NCBI GenBank assembly: GCA_965203325.1
Contig: OZ241875.1
Location: forward strand, 4,192,001-4,256,000
Length of the DNA: 64,000 nucleotides
Origin: a bacterium
GTDB taxonomy: Bacteria; UBA8248
Direction of reading: 5' to 3'
This document shows, piece by piece, positions 9,438-19,207 of the stretch. The notes below the pieces were generated by a model. It was given only the letters and a program-made list of their open reading frames with translations. It had not been told where the DNA came from and did not search any database. The first letter of the stretch is position 1; each line of letters starts with the position of its first letter. Position numbers and translations under genes: made by a program.

Positions 9438-10130
9438 CTAGATAGCCGTGCCGGCGCGAGCGGTGAAGATGGTGTGCTCCATCCTGGGCATTCCCTCGAA
9501 TGCAGGGTCTTCGTTCACCATCCCGGCCAGATATTCATCCACGTGCTCCGCATTCGACCAGGTGCATTTGTAGGCGACTTTCCCGTCCTTGCCGATGAGC
9601 CAGATGGTGTTCGGCAGGTCCCCGAGCATGGCGTGCACCTTCTGGTCCATTTCGTCGACCAGGATGTTGGTTTCCATGTTCTTTATCTCGGCCAGTTTCT
9701 GGGCGTAGCTCCGCTTGTGTTCGTAGGATTCGTGGTTTCTGATCTCGGGGAATCCGCGCTCGCCCGCGTGGGGTTCCCTCACGTAGAGATTGAAGACGGC
9801 CACGTCGCGATCCGCATATTTCTCCTGCAACTCTTCGTAAAACGGCACCTGCCGCCTGTACGGCGGTCACGTGATGGCGCCCGTGGTGATCACCACGTAT
9901 TTCTTGCCCAGATAATCCGCCATGCGGTAGGTGTTTCCGTGAATGTCCTTGAGTTCGAAGTCGGGGAAGGGGGCGCCGGGAGGAAGAACGTCCGGGAATT
10001 TCTCATAAAAACTCTTGACCCGTTTGCTCGTGACGAGTTTGATGGTCTTCCACAGGTTCAGATACTGCCAGGACCAAAAACCCGCCAGCGGCCCCCAGGG
10101 TTTGGGGACGGAATCGTTAGCCGGCCTCAT
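9438..10130 (-). CDS. Deiodinase-like thioredoxin-fold selenoprotein (in-frame UGA at 9867-9869), 230 aa
   Basis: ORFs 9867..10130 and 9438..9848 are in one frame separated by a single TGA. Readthrough gives PDFEL...VVITTGAIT-U-PPYRRQVP...LYVREPHAGE, matching the deiodinase GSxTUPPF and YxxEAH motifs. Confidence 0.85.
9841..9856 (-). promoter_or_regulatory. Candidate bacterial SECIS hairpin
   Basis: mRNA GGCGGC-AGGU-GCCGUU stem-loop beginning ~10 nt 3' of the UGA, with G-containing loop. Confidence 0.5.
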
Positions 10131-10327
10131 ATGAAATGACTCCTCTGCGATGTACGCTTGATTGTATGATGGTGTGTAAGCCCGCTATTTGTTTACCCAA
10201 TCGCAGAGTGAAACACAACCGCCAAGAAGTGGGAACGGAAAAAGGTTCCTGGGGGGTGAATTTTGCGAATTTTTTTCACATTGTTTTTCAAAATATTTTG
10301 TCATTTATCTAAAGTAAATTGTAGGGA

Positions 10328-10440
10328 TTAAAAATCGAACGACAGCTGCGGCTCTTTTTCCCCCGAAGCGCCTTTTGGGGGATGTTTCGAGGAATCTTTC
10401 TCTTTGCTTCGGGTGCGCGGCGGTTTTGTCGGGGTTTCTT
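10328..10440 (-). repeat. Diverged duplicate of the 3' end of the 11611..12408 gene (gene remnant)
   Basis: Encodes ...HPPKGASGEKEPQLSFDF*, versus HPQKGASGEKEPQLSFDFK* at ~11611-11727. Confidence 0.85.
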
Positions 10441-10630
10441 TGCGCTGGCATCTCTCGGTGGTGTCGCGCAGGGTACGCAGAATAGATGTGTGGGAGCCAT
10501 ACGGACTGGTTATTCTTGAGGCCGACGCTGCAAGGTGCACAGTAGACCGACTTTGAACAGGCCAGGAGACAGAACTCTTGGTCGCTCAGAGTGCGCCTTG
10601 GCCGTTTCATCATGGTCCTGTTGCAGCCAA

Positions 10631-11557
10631 TTACGTGGACACCTCCAGAAACCGCTTTATAGCTTGTATGATACGTTCCGGTGCGTCCTCTTGAAGGAAA
10701 TGACTCGCCTCCTCCAACTCATGCGTCGTTGCATGGGGATAAAGCTGTTGCCACATGCGCAACACCGCAGGGGGAAGCACCGGGTCCTGCATACCCCAAA
10801 CCAAGAGCACCGGGATATGCTGGAACTGTGTCAAGCCGTTCTCGATTTGTTGCATCTCCGCGTAGGATTCGTCACATGCCGTGACGGGAATATCGCGTGA
10901 CCAGCACAGAAGCGCACGCCTGGATTCTGGTGTGCGGAACGGGGCCAGGTAGGCATTCAGAACGGTCTCGGTGAGGTAGTTCGAATGAGCGGTCGTTCCC
11001 ATCAACGCGGGTTTCACATAGCCATTCTTGCCCATAATAAAGGCTTCCCCACGGGGTGAGCGGATGAGTTCTATCAGCCGTGGCAACGGTCCCCCCGGCC
11101 ACCGCGCGAACGCCCACGTATTCATCAGGATTAGCCGTTTCAAGCGGCTGGGATGTCGGATAGCGAAGCCTAGACCGACCGGCCCTCCCCAATCATGGAC
11201 GACCAAGGTGATGTCGCGTAGTTCCAACCTCAAGATGAGCGTTTCTAGATTGTCAATATGATGCCGGAGCCGATACGGATATGGGATTTCAGGCACGCCG
11301 GACTTGCCCATGCCCATGTGGTCGGGAACAATGCACCGGGCGTATTTGGAGAGGGATGGTAGAAAGCGCCGATAGAGATAACCCCAAGTCGGGTCGCCGT
11401 GTAACAGGACCAGTGGGTCTCCTTCACCCACATCCACATAGTGCATTTGAAAGGAGTCCAGTTCCACATATTGGGGCTCAAAAGGAAACGTCCCGTCAAA
11501 GTTCGCCTCTCTGAGATCAAGCAAGCGTCTGTTCCTTCCAATTCTCTTCCTGCTCAT
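10631..11557 (-). CDS. Haloalkane dehalogenase/OleB-like alpha/beta hydrolase
   Basis: LHGDPTWGYLY, VHDWGG nucleophile elbow, HFLQED. Confidence 0.85.
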   Translation of the reverse strand: MSRKRIGRNRRLLDLREANFDGTFPFEPQYVELDSFQMHYVDVGEGDPLVLLHGDPTWGYLYRRFLPSLSKYARCIVPDHMGMGKSGVPEIPYPYRLRHHIDNLETLILRLELRDITLVVHDWGGPVGLGFAIRHPSRLKRLILMNTWAFARWPGGPLPRLIELIRSPRGEAFIMGKNGYVKPALMGTTAHSNYLTETVLNAYLAPFRTPESRRALLCWSRDIPVTACDESYAEMQQIENGLTQFQHIPVLLVWGMQDPVLPPAVLRMWQQLYPHATTHELEEASHFLQEDAPERIIQAIKRFLEVST

Positions 11558-11610
11558 ACAATAGGGCAGGTTGTTGATATCATGCTCCCCGAATAGAACC
11601 TTTCTAATTA

Positions 11611-12408
11611 CTACTTAAAATCGAACGACAGTTGCGGTTCCTTCTCCCCCGAAGCGCCTTTTTGGGGATGATTCGAAGAAATATCTTCTTCTCCTCTTGT
11701 GCGCGACGGTTTTTGGGGTGACTTCGCTTCTTCAGGCCTCGCATGGGTGGGGAGTTCAGATTCCCCCGGCGGGGTCCATCTCGGCTTTCTCGTTTCAGGC
11801 CGGGACGCAGCGTTCAGCCTCCCCGGCTCCTGAGAGTCGTTTCTCGACTTGACGTCTGCGGCCGCCATTTCAAATGCCCTCGTCAAATTTTCAGGTTTTT
11901 GCCAGACGGTTTCTTGCAGAGATGCCCGATCCCCGCCCCTCATGCGCATGAGTTTGGTCTTGAGATCCTCGATGCGCGCGTAAAAGCCGGGGCTGTGGGG
12001 CGTGGAGGGGATTCGGAGAAATTTCCTGTCGATGTGGTGCATGAGTTCGTGGATGAGTGTATCCAGAAACGTCTTGCCCGCGACGATCTGTTTGCGGATA
12101 GACGTGAGATTCGCGATTTCGATCATCGCGTTTCGGCAGTGGTAGACGCCGTAGAGCTTGTAGGCGAGTTTTCCCTCGTGCAGTTTGTGGGGTTGGCGCT
12201 CTGCGAACACGCGCAGGCGCGCCCGCGGGATTTTGAGGCTTCGGCAGATGTTGTCGAGCAGTTTCTGGCCCAGCGCTTCGCGCTCGCTCGCGCTCGTGGA
12301 TTCGATGAGCTTTCTGGTGAGTTCACGCTCCTCGTCTGCCGGTCGGTATTCGAGCGCCGGGAATTTGTTGGAGCGCGTGAAATCCGGTGTATTGCGGCGC
12401 CTGCCCAT
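11611..12408 (-). CDS. SprT/WLM-like zinc metalloprotease domain protein
   Basis: TLIHELMHH...HSPGFY (HEXXH plus third His), disordered tail ending QLSFDFK. Confidence 0.65.
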   Translation of the reverse strand: MGRRRNTPDFTRSNKFPALEYRPADEERELTRKLIESTSASEREALGQKLLDNICRSLKIPRARLRVFAERQPHKLHEGKLAYKLYGVYHCRNAMIEIANLTSIRKQIVAGKTFLDTLIHELMHHIDRKFLRIPSTPHSPGFYARIEDLKTKLMRMRGGDRASLQETVWQKPENLTRAFEMAAADVKSRNDSQEPGRLNAASRPETRKPRWTPPGESELPTHARPEEAKSPQKPSRTRGEEDISSNHPQKGASGEKEPQLSFDFK

Positions 12409-12521
12409 GAGAGATGGTTTCCGAGACGAGTCCGGGCGGAACAAGTCGCAGATATGCGATGGGCCAACGAGTCAGGATTATACGCGAATCAGACCCCCGT
12501 GGCGAGAGGACTGATTCGGGT

Positions 12522-13559
12522 CTAGTCGTTCTCGAGAATCTCCTCGATCGTCACAATCCGCCTCTCGGCGTTGCTCTTGAGAATTGCCCGCATGATGGCG
12601 AGCGCGCGAACACCGTGGCGCCCGGTGACCTCGGGGTCCCTGTCCTCTCGAATGGAGTCGACGAGGTCGTCAAACTGCTCTCGATTGGCGAGGAGTCTCC
12701 CCTCCACCAGGTTGTGGTCGAGTTCCACGATTGTGGTTTCGAGCCCCCCCATCAGGTCGATGGGGCGCTTGAGGGTCGGGTTGTCCGTCGTGGAAAGGCT
12801 CAGGTTTGCTTCGGTGCCCTGAATGTCGTATGCGAAGTGAAACGGGGCCAGGTAGCTGCTCGATATGACGCCCATCAGCCCGCTCTTGAAGCGCAGGATG
12901 GCGGCGGCGGCGTCTTCCTGGGGGTTGGGGCCGCCCACCTTGGCGCATGAGCCGCTCACCTCGTCCACGTCGCCGAAGAGGTATTCCATCATGTCCGCGA
13001 GATGGATGGTGTAGCTGTAGAGCGGTCCTCCCGGGTTCTCCGTGGCGTCCCACCGCATGCTCTTGGGACCCGAAGTGAAGCCGTGGTTGTTCGAAAACGT
13101 GGCGACCGTGTAGTTCACCAGCCCCAAATCCCCGCTCTCCACGATTTCCTTTGCCTTGCGGAACATCGGCCAGCGCCGGAAGTTCTGCCCCATGTGGAGT
13201 TTCACGCCGTGGTCTTTACACGCCTGCTCCACTTCTTTCGCGTCGGAAACGCTGAGCGCCATGGGCTTTTCCAGATGAATGTGCTTGCCCGCGCGGGCGG
13301 CGGCCATGGCGATTTCCTTGTGCACGGAGTTCGCCGTGGCGATGACGACGGCTTCAGTCTCAGAGTCGGCCATCACCTCGTCAATAGAAGTAAAATTCTT
13401 TCCGCCGTATTTGCCCACAAACTCCTCGCGGGTAGTCGGCGTGCGGGCGAAGCCGCCTGTGACTTCCACCTTGCCGGAGGCGAGGGCGGCGTCCGCGAGT
13501 ACGGCGCCCCACCAGCCGAGCCCGATGAAGGCCATACCGATTTTAGGTGAGTCATTCAT
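12522..13559 (-). CDS. Gfo/Idh/MocA family oxidoreductase
   Basis: IGLGWWG, AGKHIHLEKPMA, GGPLYSYTIHLAD. Confidence 0.9.
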   Translation of the reverse strand: MNDSPKIGMAFIGLGWWGAVLADAALASGKVEVTGGFARTPTTREEFVGKYGGKNFTSIDEVMADSETEAVVIATANSVHKEIAMAAARAGKHIHLEKPMALSVSDAKEVEQACKDHGVKLHMGQNFRRWPMFRKAKEIVESGDLGLVNYTVATFSNNHGFTSGPKSMRWDATENPGGPLYSYTIHLADMMEYLFGDVDEVSGSCAKVGGPNPQEDAAAAILRFKSGLMGVISSSYLAPFHFAYDIQGTEANLSLSTTDNPTLKRPIDLMGGLETTIVELDHNLVEGRLLANREQFDDLVDSIREDRDPEVTGRHGVRALAIMRAILKSNAERRIVTIEEILEND

Positions 13560-13630
13560 CTATGGTTTCCTCGTATAAAGAAAAATGCGCGTTACACCCA
13601 AGCGAATGGAGAGCGGGTAGCTGATTTCTT

Positions 13631-14398
13631 CTAGCGGCCCTGCCATTCGGGTTTTCTCTTCTCCGTGAAGGCCGCGAGGCCCTCCTGCGTGTCGCGGGAG
13701 GTCTGGAGGCGGTAGCTGATGAGTTTGGCATTGGCGATGCCCTCGCGCACGTCGGGCGTCCTGAGACCCTTGAGCACCGCCTCTTTCGTGTGCTGCACCG
13801 CCAGGGGTGCGTTCTGGTTGATGAGTTCGGCCATGGCGCGGGCCTCGTCCATCAGCGCGTCCTGGGGAACAACCTTGTTCACCATGCCCCAGCGTTCGGC
13901 TTCATCCGCGGTGATATTCCTGCCGGTCAGCATGAATTCCATGGCGATGCCGGGCGGAATGGTCTTGGGCAGGCGCTGGTGGCCGCCGAGGCTCATCGCG
14001 CCGTATTTGGGCTGAGGGTAGCCGAAAACCGCGTTTTCGGAAGCAATCCGGATGTCGCACGAGAGCGCCATCGAGCATCCCCCGCCATAGGCGTAGCCGT
14101 TCACCGCGGCGATGATGGGCTTGTAAATCTCGTATTCGCCGTACCACATTGTGGGCGAGTCGTGCTCATTGTACTGGCCCTCGCTCTCGACGACCGAAGT
14201 GAGGTCATGGCCGGCACAGAACGCGCGGTCCCCTGCGCCGGTGATGATGGCCGTCCATACGTTGTTGTCTTTCATGAATTTCTGACTGACGTCGTACAAA
14301 TCGTCCACCATTTCTTCGGTGTAAGAGTTGAGTTTCTCGGGCCGGTTCAGGGTGATGATGGCGGTTCTGCCTTCCACTTCGTAATTGATGCGGCTCAT
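13631..14398 (-). CDS. Enoyl-CoA hydratase/isomerase family protein
   Basis: LNRPEKLN, AFCAGHDL, KPIIAAVNGYAYGGG, AFTEKRKPEW. Confidence 0.9.
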   Translation of the reverse strand: MSRINYEVEGRTAIITLNRPEKLNSYTEEMVDDLYDVSQKFMKDNNVWTAIITGAGDRAFCAGHDLTSVVESEGQYNEHDSPTMWYGEYEIYKPIIAAVNGYAYGGGCSMALSCDIRIASENAVFGYPQPKYGAMSLGGHQRLPKTIPPGIAMEFMLTGRNITADEAERWGMVNKVVPQDALMDEARAMAELINQNAPLAVQHTKEAVLKGLRTPDVREGIANAKLISYRLQTSRDTQEGLAAFTEKRKPEWQGR

Positions 14399-14645
14399 AG
14401 GACTTCTCCATATTGGTTTGACGAATCCGCTCGTTGCGTGTCCTTTGGGCCGAAAGTAGCGAGGCGACGGGGTTAAGTCAACGTCGGAGTGGAATCCTGC
14501 TCTTTCGACATACCTCCGAGTCTGCGTTTTCTTGACAGGTCAGGGCGCGGGTGCTAGCGTCGCCGCGAATTTCATATTCAGAATCATCTTTTGCGGGCTC
14601 GATATTTTCAGACCGAAATCTTTGTTTTTCGAGGAGGAAGACGCA

Positions 14646-15884
14646 ATGACGGACTACCCCACGTGGGCGCGCGGCTCGATGATGGTCGACTGGGAGCACC
14701 GGATCGACATGGATCGCATGCGCCGAGAGCGCGTCGAGAAAACCCAGGCGGCGATGAAGGAAAAAGGCATCGACGCCCTCATCCTCTGGAAGGATGAGAA
14801 CGTGCGCTATCTGACCAGCGCGCGCGTCATCATGATTCAGTACCGCTCCTCCACCACCTACGGGGTGCTGCTCAGACAGGAGGGAAACCCGACGCTGCTC
14901 GCCTCGAGCGGCGAGGCGCACCGCATCGAGGAGTGCATGCCCTGGATCGACGATTACGTGCCGATCGGCATCCTGGAAGAGCCGGGCCTCGTGGAGCACA
15001 CGGTGGGCACCGACATCAAGAAGCGCTTCGACGACTGGGGTGTTTCGAACGGCACCATCGGTCTTGACGGGCACACGTTCACCCAGCGGGCGATGATCGA
15101 AAAATATTTTCCCGAAGCCACGTTCGTGGACGGCGAGCAGTTCATGTACATGAGCCGGGTGCAGAAGACGCCGGACGAGATAGCCTGCCTCCATCAGGCT
15201 TGCGCCATCGCCGATGCTGTGACCATCACGGCGTTAAACCACGCTGAGCCGGGCGTGCGTGAGTTCGACGTGGCGGCAGAAGCCATGAAGACGCTCTTCA
15301 CCCACGGCGGGGAGTTCGGGCACCTGGCGTCTCCGTTCGTCGCCTCGGGTGAGCACATGGCGCCGCCGACGCGCTTTCCCACGGATAAAATCATCAGGAA
15401 CGCGGACATCGTATTCATCGACATCGGCGCCTGCTGGAACGGGTATTTCGGCGACTGCGGGCGCGCGAAGGTGGCCGGCGGCCCGCCCCATCCCATGCAG
15501 AAGAAGGTGTATACGACCGTCTACAAGTCGCTCAGGGCGGGAATCGAAAAGATGCGCCCCGGCTACACGAACGACGACTCGGCGGCGGAATTCCTCGAAG
15601 TCGCGCGCTCGGCAGGCTTGGAGGACAACTTCATCAAGCTGTTCATCGGACACGGCTGCGGCATTTCGCCCAACGAGCCGCCATACGTGGGCGAGGTGAT
15701 GCCCGGGGCCGAGAGCGTGGAGTTCGTGCCGGGAATGACGTTCGCCATCGAGCCGCTCATTTTCGTGCCGGGTATTCCCGGCGGGGCCGGCGTGCGCATC
15801 GAGGATCATATCCTCATCACCGAGGATGAACCCGTCTACATGACGCGCGCTCCCTATTGCGAGGAATTGATTATTCAGGATTGA
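14646..15884 (+). CDS. M24 family (Xaa-Pro) peptidase
   Basis: Metal-ligand motifs FIDIG..GYFGD, GHG, IEP, RIED; GAGGAGG RBS before ATG 14646. Confidence 0.88.
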   Translation: MTDYPTWARGSMMVDWEHRIDMDRMRRERVEKTQAAMKEKGIDALILWKDENVRYLTSARVIMIQYRSSTTYGVLLRQEGNPTLLASSGEAHRIEECMPWIDDYVPIGILEEPGLVEHTVGTDIKKRFDDWGVSNGTIGLDGHTFTQRAMIEKYFPEATFVDGEQFMYMSRVQKTPDEIACLHQACAIADAVTITALNHAEPGVREFDVAAEAMKTLFTHGGEFGHLASPFVASGEHMAPPTRFPTDKIIRNADIVFIDIGACWNGYFGDCGRAKVAGGPPHPMQKKVYTTVYKSLRAGIEKMRPGYTNDDSAAEFLEVARSAGLEDNFIKLFIGHGCGISPNEPPYVGEVMPGAESVEFVPGMTFAIEPLIFVPGIPGGAGVRIEDHILITEDEPVYMTRAPYCEELIIQD

Positions 15885-15903
15885 GCAGGCGTTGACCTGA
15901 ATC

Positions 15904-15943
15904 GGCGCCCCTGGCCTGAGGTCCGGGGGCGCTTTTTCATTTT
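15904..15943 (+). terminator. Rho-independent terminator
   Basis: ggcgcccctgg...ccgggggcgct followed by T-rich run. Confidence 0.65.
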
Positions 15944-15964
15944 GTTGGTTGTGAGGCGAGGCAT

Positions 15965-16825
15965 GTGTTGACAGAAATTCCCCTGGCCATCGCGGCGTCG
16001 GCTTTTTTTGCGCTGACCTTCATCTTCTCGCGCCTGGCGACGCGGGAGGCGACGCCCGTGTTCGGCGGGTTCGTAGCCTCGGCCACGGTGACGCTGCTTT
16101 ATCTGCCCTGGATAGCGGCGAGCGTGCCGATGAGCGCTTTCGCCAACCCGCACCTGCTCTGGTTCGTGGGACTCGGCGTCATCACGCCCAGCATATCGAG
16201 GACGTTTCAGTTCGCGGGCGTCCAGCGCATCGGGGCGGCGCCTTCGGGCATCCTGCGCGGCCTCGGTCCTCTTTTCTCGAGCACACTGGCCGTCTTGCTG
16301 CTGGGCGAGCAGCTCACGCCAGTCCTCGCCTTGGGAACCGCCCTCATCGTCTGCGGCATCGTCGTCTTGTCGATCAGGAAAGACGAGATGCGCTCTTGGG
16401 CGCTCACCGGAATCGCATACGCCATCGGGGCCACGCTCATATGGGTCATGCGCGACCTCATCATCCGCTATTCCTCACCGGATGTGCCCTACAAGACGCT
16501 GGCGATTTTCGTGATGGCGGGAACATCGAGCATCGTCATGGCGTTGGTTCTTGCGAATTCCAAAAGCGGACGCAAGGATTTCACCGGAAAGGGCCTGTTT
16601 TATTTCATACTCGTAGGCCTCGCCAGTTTTTCGGCCCTGACCTCGCTTTTCTTCGCTCTGGAGGAAGGGCGCATCGTCGTCGTGACGCCGATCACCTCGG
16701 CGCAGCCCTTGTTCGTGCTGCTCTTCTCGCGCTTTCTGCCGCAAGGCATGGAGCCGCTGACGCCGCTCATGGTGCTGGGCGCGGCCTTCATCGTCGCGGG
16801 AGGCGCGCTGATCAGCCTGGCGTGA
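15965..16825 (+). CDS. DMT/EamA family transporter
   Basis: About ten hydrophobic helices in two EamA-like halves; LLGEQLT motif. Confidence 0.85.
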   Translation: MLTEIPLAIAASAFFALTFIFSRLATREATPVFGGFVASATVTLLYLPWIAASVPMSAFANPHLLWFVGLGVITPSISRTFQFAGVQRIGAAPSGILRGLGPLFSSTLAVLLLGEQLTPVLALGTALIVCGIVVLSIRKDEMRSWALTGIAYAIGATLIWVMRDLIIRYSSPDVPYKTLAIFVMAGTSSIVMALVLANSKSGRKDFTGKGLFYFILVGLASFSALTSLFFALEEGRIVVVTPITSAQPLFVLLFSRFLPQGMEPLTPLMVLGAAFIVAGGALISLA

Positions 16826-17884
16826 TCAGTCGGCGAGTCTGTCGTCCAGGCCGAGTTCTTCGGCCAAATCCCTGAGCTGGGCGAGCACGGGCCCGGCGAC
16901 GGGCACACCCTCTCGGCGCATCTGCTCTTTTCTTCGCGCGAGGTTCTCGCCCGGAATCCGGATGGGGCCCTTGCCCTCCATGGGGGCGGAATTTCTGATC
17001 TCGCGGATTCTCATGTCCATCTCCGCCTTGAAGTCGTCCAGATCGCGGAAGATGTCCGGCCGCATGGCGAAAAACACCTGACCGGTGTTCGTGGGCGTCT
17101 TGAAATCCTTGTTGAAATCGATGACGTCCGAGCCGAAGGCGGCCCCGTTCAGAACGCCTGCGAGGGCGCCGATCATCATGTTCAGACCATATCCCTTATG
17201 ACCCCCGATGGGCAGCAGAAAACCCTCCCCAGCGCGCGAGGCGTCGGTGAGGGGCTTTCCGTCTTTGGTCATCATCCAGCCCTCGGGCATCGGCTTTCCC
17301 TCCTGGGCGTAGACCTTCACTTTCCCGTAGGAGGTCTCGGTGGTGGCCATGTCGAGGACGAAGGGCGGCTCCTCGCCCGCCGGGATGGCGTAGGCGATGG
17401 GGTTGGTGCTCAGGAGCATGTCGACGCCGCCCCAGGGGGGCATGTGGTTGGCGTTGGCGACGGCCATGTACATGCCGATCATGTCGTGCGCGAGGGGCAG
17501 GGCGGCGTAGACGCCCGCGGCACCCGCGTGGTTCCCGTGATGTATGCCGATCCACGCCAGCCCGTTTTCTCGCGCCTTCTCGATGGCGAGTTCGGCGGCG
17601 AACGTCACCACCACCTGGCCGAAGCCGTTATCCCCGTCGATGAGGGCGCTTACGGCGGTTTCGCGCTCGGCGCGGATGTCGGGCCTCAGGTTGTAGCCGC
17701 CTTCTCGGATTCTGCGGCAATAGGGAGGGAGCCGGAAGATGCCGTGTCCGTGCATCCCGTGCAGGTCGGCTTCGATCATGCGGACGGCGCAGATACGGGC
17801 ATGATCGTCCAAAACGTCGTACGCCACCAGGACGGCGTGAATGAAATTCTCCAGGCGTTCTACGGGGTAGCGTAGTTCGGACAT
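16826..17884 (-). CDS. Ldh_2 family (malate/L-sulfolactate dehydrogenase-like) oxidoreductase
   Basis: ADLHGMHGHGIFRL, DGDNGFGQV, NHAGA, TNPIAYAIP, LDMAT, GGHKGYGL. Confidence 0.9.
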   Translation of the reverse strand: MSELRYPVERLENFIHAVLVAYDVLDDHARICAVRMIEADLHGMHGHGIFRLPPYCRRIREGGYNLRPDIRAERETAVSALIDGDNGFGQVVVTFAAELAIEKARENGLAWIGIHHGNHAGAAGVYAALPLAHDMIGMYMAVANANHMPPWGGVDMLLSTNPIAYAIPAGEEPPFVLDMATTETSYGKVKVYAQEGKPMPEGWMMTKDGKPLTDASRAGEGFLLPIGGHKGYGLNMMIGALAGVLNGAAFGSDVIDFNKDFKTPTNTGQVFFAMRPDIFRDLDDFKAEMDMRIREIRNSAPMEGKGPIRIPGENLARRKEQMRREGVPVAGPVLAQLRDLAEELGLDDRLAD

Positions 17885-18123
17885 CGGGTCTCCTTGTTCG
17901 AATGGCGGTTTCCGTACTCACGGGGCGCGCCTGCGCGGCGTATCCGCACAGTTCCAAATATAAAGATTCCTTAAAGTCGGGTTTTCTCACTTTGGTGAGA
18001 TTTCTATGATATATTCCCAAGAGCCGTCATGGAAGGCGTATTCGCCTCCATGGCACAGTTCATAACGATTCGCCTGTTCTGGAGAATACACCCGACTCCA
18101 GCCGCCACCCGAAAGGGGATGAC

Positions 18124-19128
18124 ATGAATTACATCAAAAAGCCCGAATGGTCGATGCCCGAATGCGAGGCGACGACCGAATCCGTTTTTTTGAACCGCCG
18201 CAAGTTTTTGGCGGGCGGCGCGGGTCTGATGCTGAGCCAGATGGTGACGCCTCCCTACTGGCCCGAACGGGACGGGCCGCTCGCCCTGGCCCAGGCGAAG
18301 AAGGGGGTCGCGCACCCTAAGGATCAGACGGTGGGCCTGTACCCGGCGCGCCGGAATCCTAAGTTCACGCTGGACCGGCCGCTCACGGAAGAAAAAGTGG
18401 CGGCCGAGTACAATAATTTCTACGAATTCGGCGGCAACAAGGCGATCTCCTGGTTGGCCAAGCGCATGGAGACGCGCCCGTGGCAGGTGGAGGTGAAAGG
18501 CCACGTCAAAAAGCCCAAAACCTACGATATCGACGAATTGATCAAGGGCATGACGCTCGAGGAGCGGCTGTATCGTTTCCGCTGCGTGGAAGCGTGGGCG
18601 ATGGCCGTTCCGTGGACGGGTTTCAGGATTTCCGAACTCATCAAGAAAGTAGAGCCCACGAGCAAGGCGAAATACGTCAAATTCACCACCTTCCTGAACC
18701 GCAAGGTGGCGTTGGGGCAGCTCCAGGTCTGGTACCCGTGGCCTTATGTGGAAGCCCTCACCATGAAGGAGGCCATGAACGAACTGGCGATAATGGGCAC
18801 GGGCATTTACGGTCATCCCATGCCGCAGCAGCATGGCGCGCCCCTGCGCCTGGTGGTTCCCTGGAAGTATGGATTCAAGAGCATCAAGTCCATCGTTTCC
18901 ATTGAATTTACGGAAAAGCGGCCCCGCACGTTCTGGGAGAAGGCGGGGCCCAGTGAATACGGTTTCTGGGCCAACATCAACCCGAAGTTCAATCACCCCA
19001 GGTGGTCGCAGGCGTCGGAACGCATGCTGGGAACGAACGAGAGAAGGCCGACGCTCCTGTTCAACGGCTATGCGAAATGGGTGGGCGACATGTACCCGGA
19101 CATGAATGACCGGAAATATTTCATGTAG
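18124..19128 (+). CDS. msrP: Protein-methionine-sulfoxide reductase catalytic subunit
   Basis: Tat motif NRRKFL, YNNFYEFG, RFRCVEAW, HGAPLRLVVPWKYGFKSIKSI, HPRWSQA. Confidence 0.95.
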   Translation: MNYIKKPEWSMPECEATTESVFLNRRKFLAGGAGLMLSQMVTPPYWPERDGPLALAQAKKGVAHPKDQTVGLYPARRNPKFTLDRPLTEEKVAAEYNNFYEFGGNKAISWLAKRMETRPWQVEVKGHVKKPKTYDIDELIKGMTLEERLYRFRCVEAWAMAVPWTGFRISELIKKVEPTSKAKYVKFTTFLNRKVALGQLQVWYPWPYVEALTMKEAMNELAIMGTGIYGHPMPQQHGAPLRLVVPWKYGFKSIKSIVSIEFTEKRPRTFWEKAGPSEYGFWANINPKFNHPRWSQASERMLGTNERRPTLLFNGYAKWVGDMYPDMNDRKYFM

Positions 19129-19143
19129 GCGGGTGTTTTAGAC

Positions 19144-19190
19144 AAAAAACCATCCCTCTCCTCATTGCTGGGCCGGGGGATGGTTTTTTT
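19144..19190. terminator. Bidirectional terminator between convergent genes
   Basis: aaaaaaccatccc...gggatggttttttt. Confidence 0.75.
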
Positions 19191-19207
19191 ATGCGATAGA
19201 TAGAAGG

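Noticed and set aside
10520..10630. attC-like imperfect palindrome after the dehalogenase-like gene
   Set aside because: Ends do not fit RYYYAAC/GTTRRRY, and there is no integron integrase or second cassette site.
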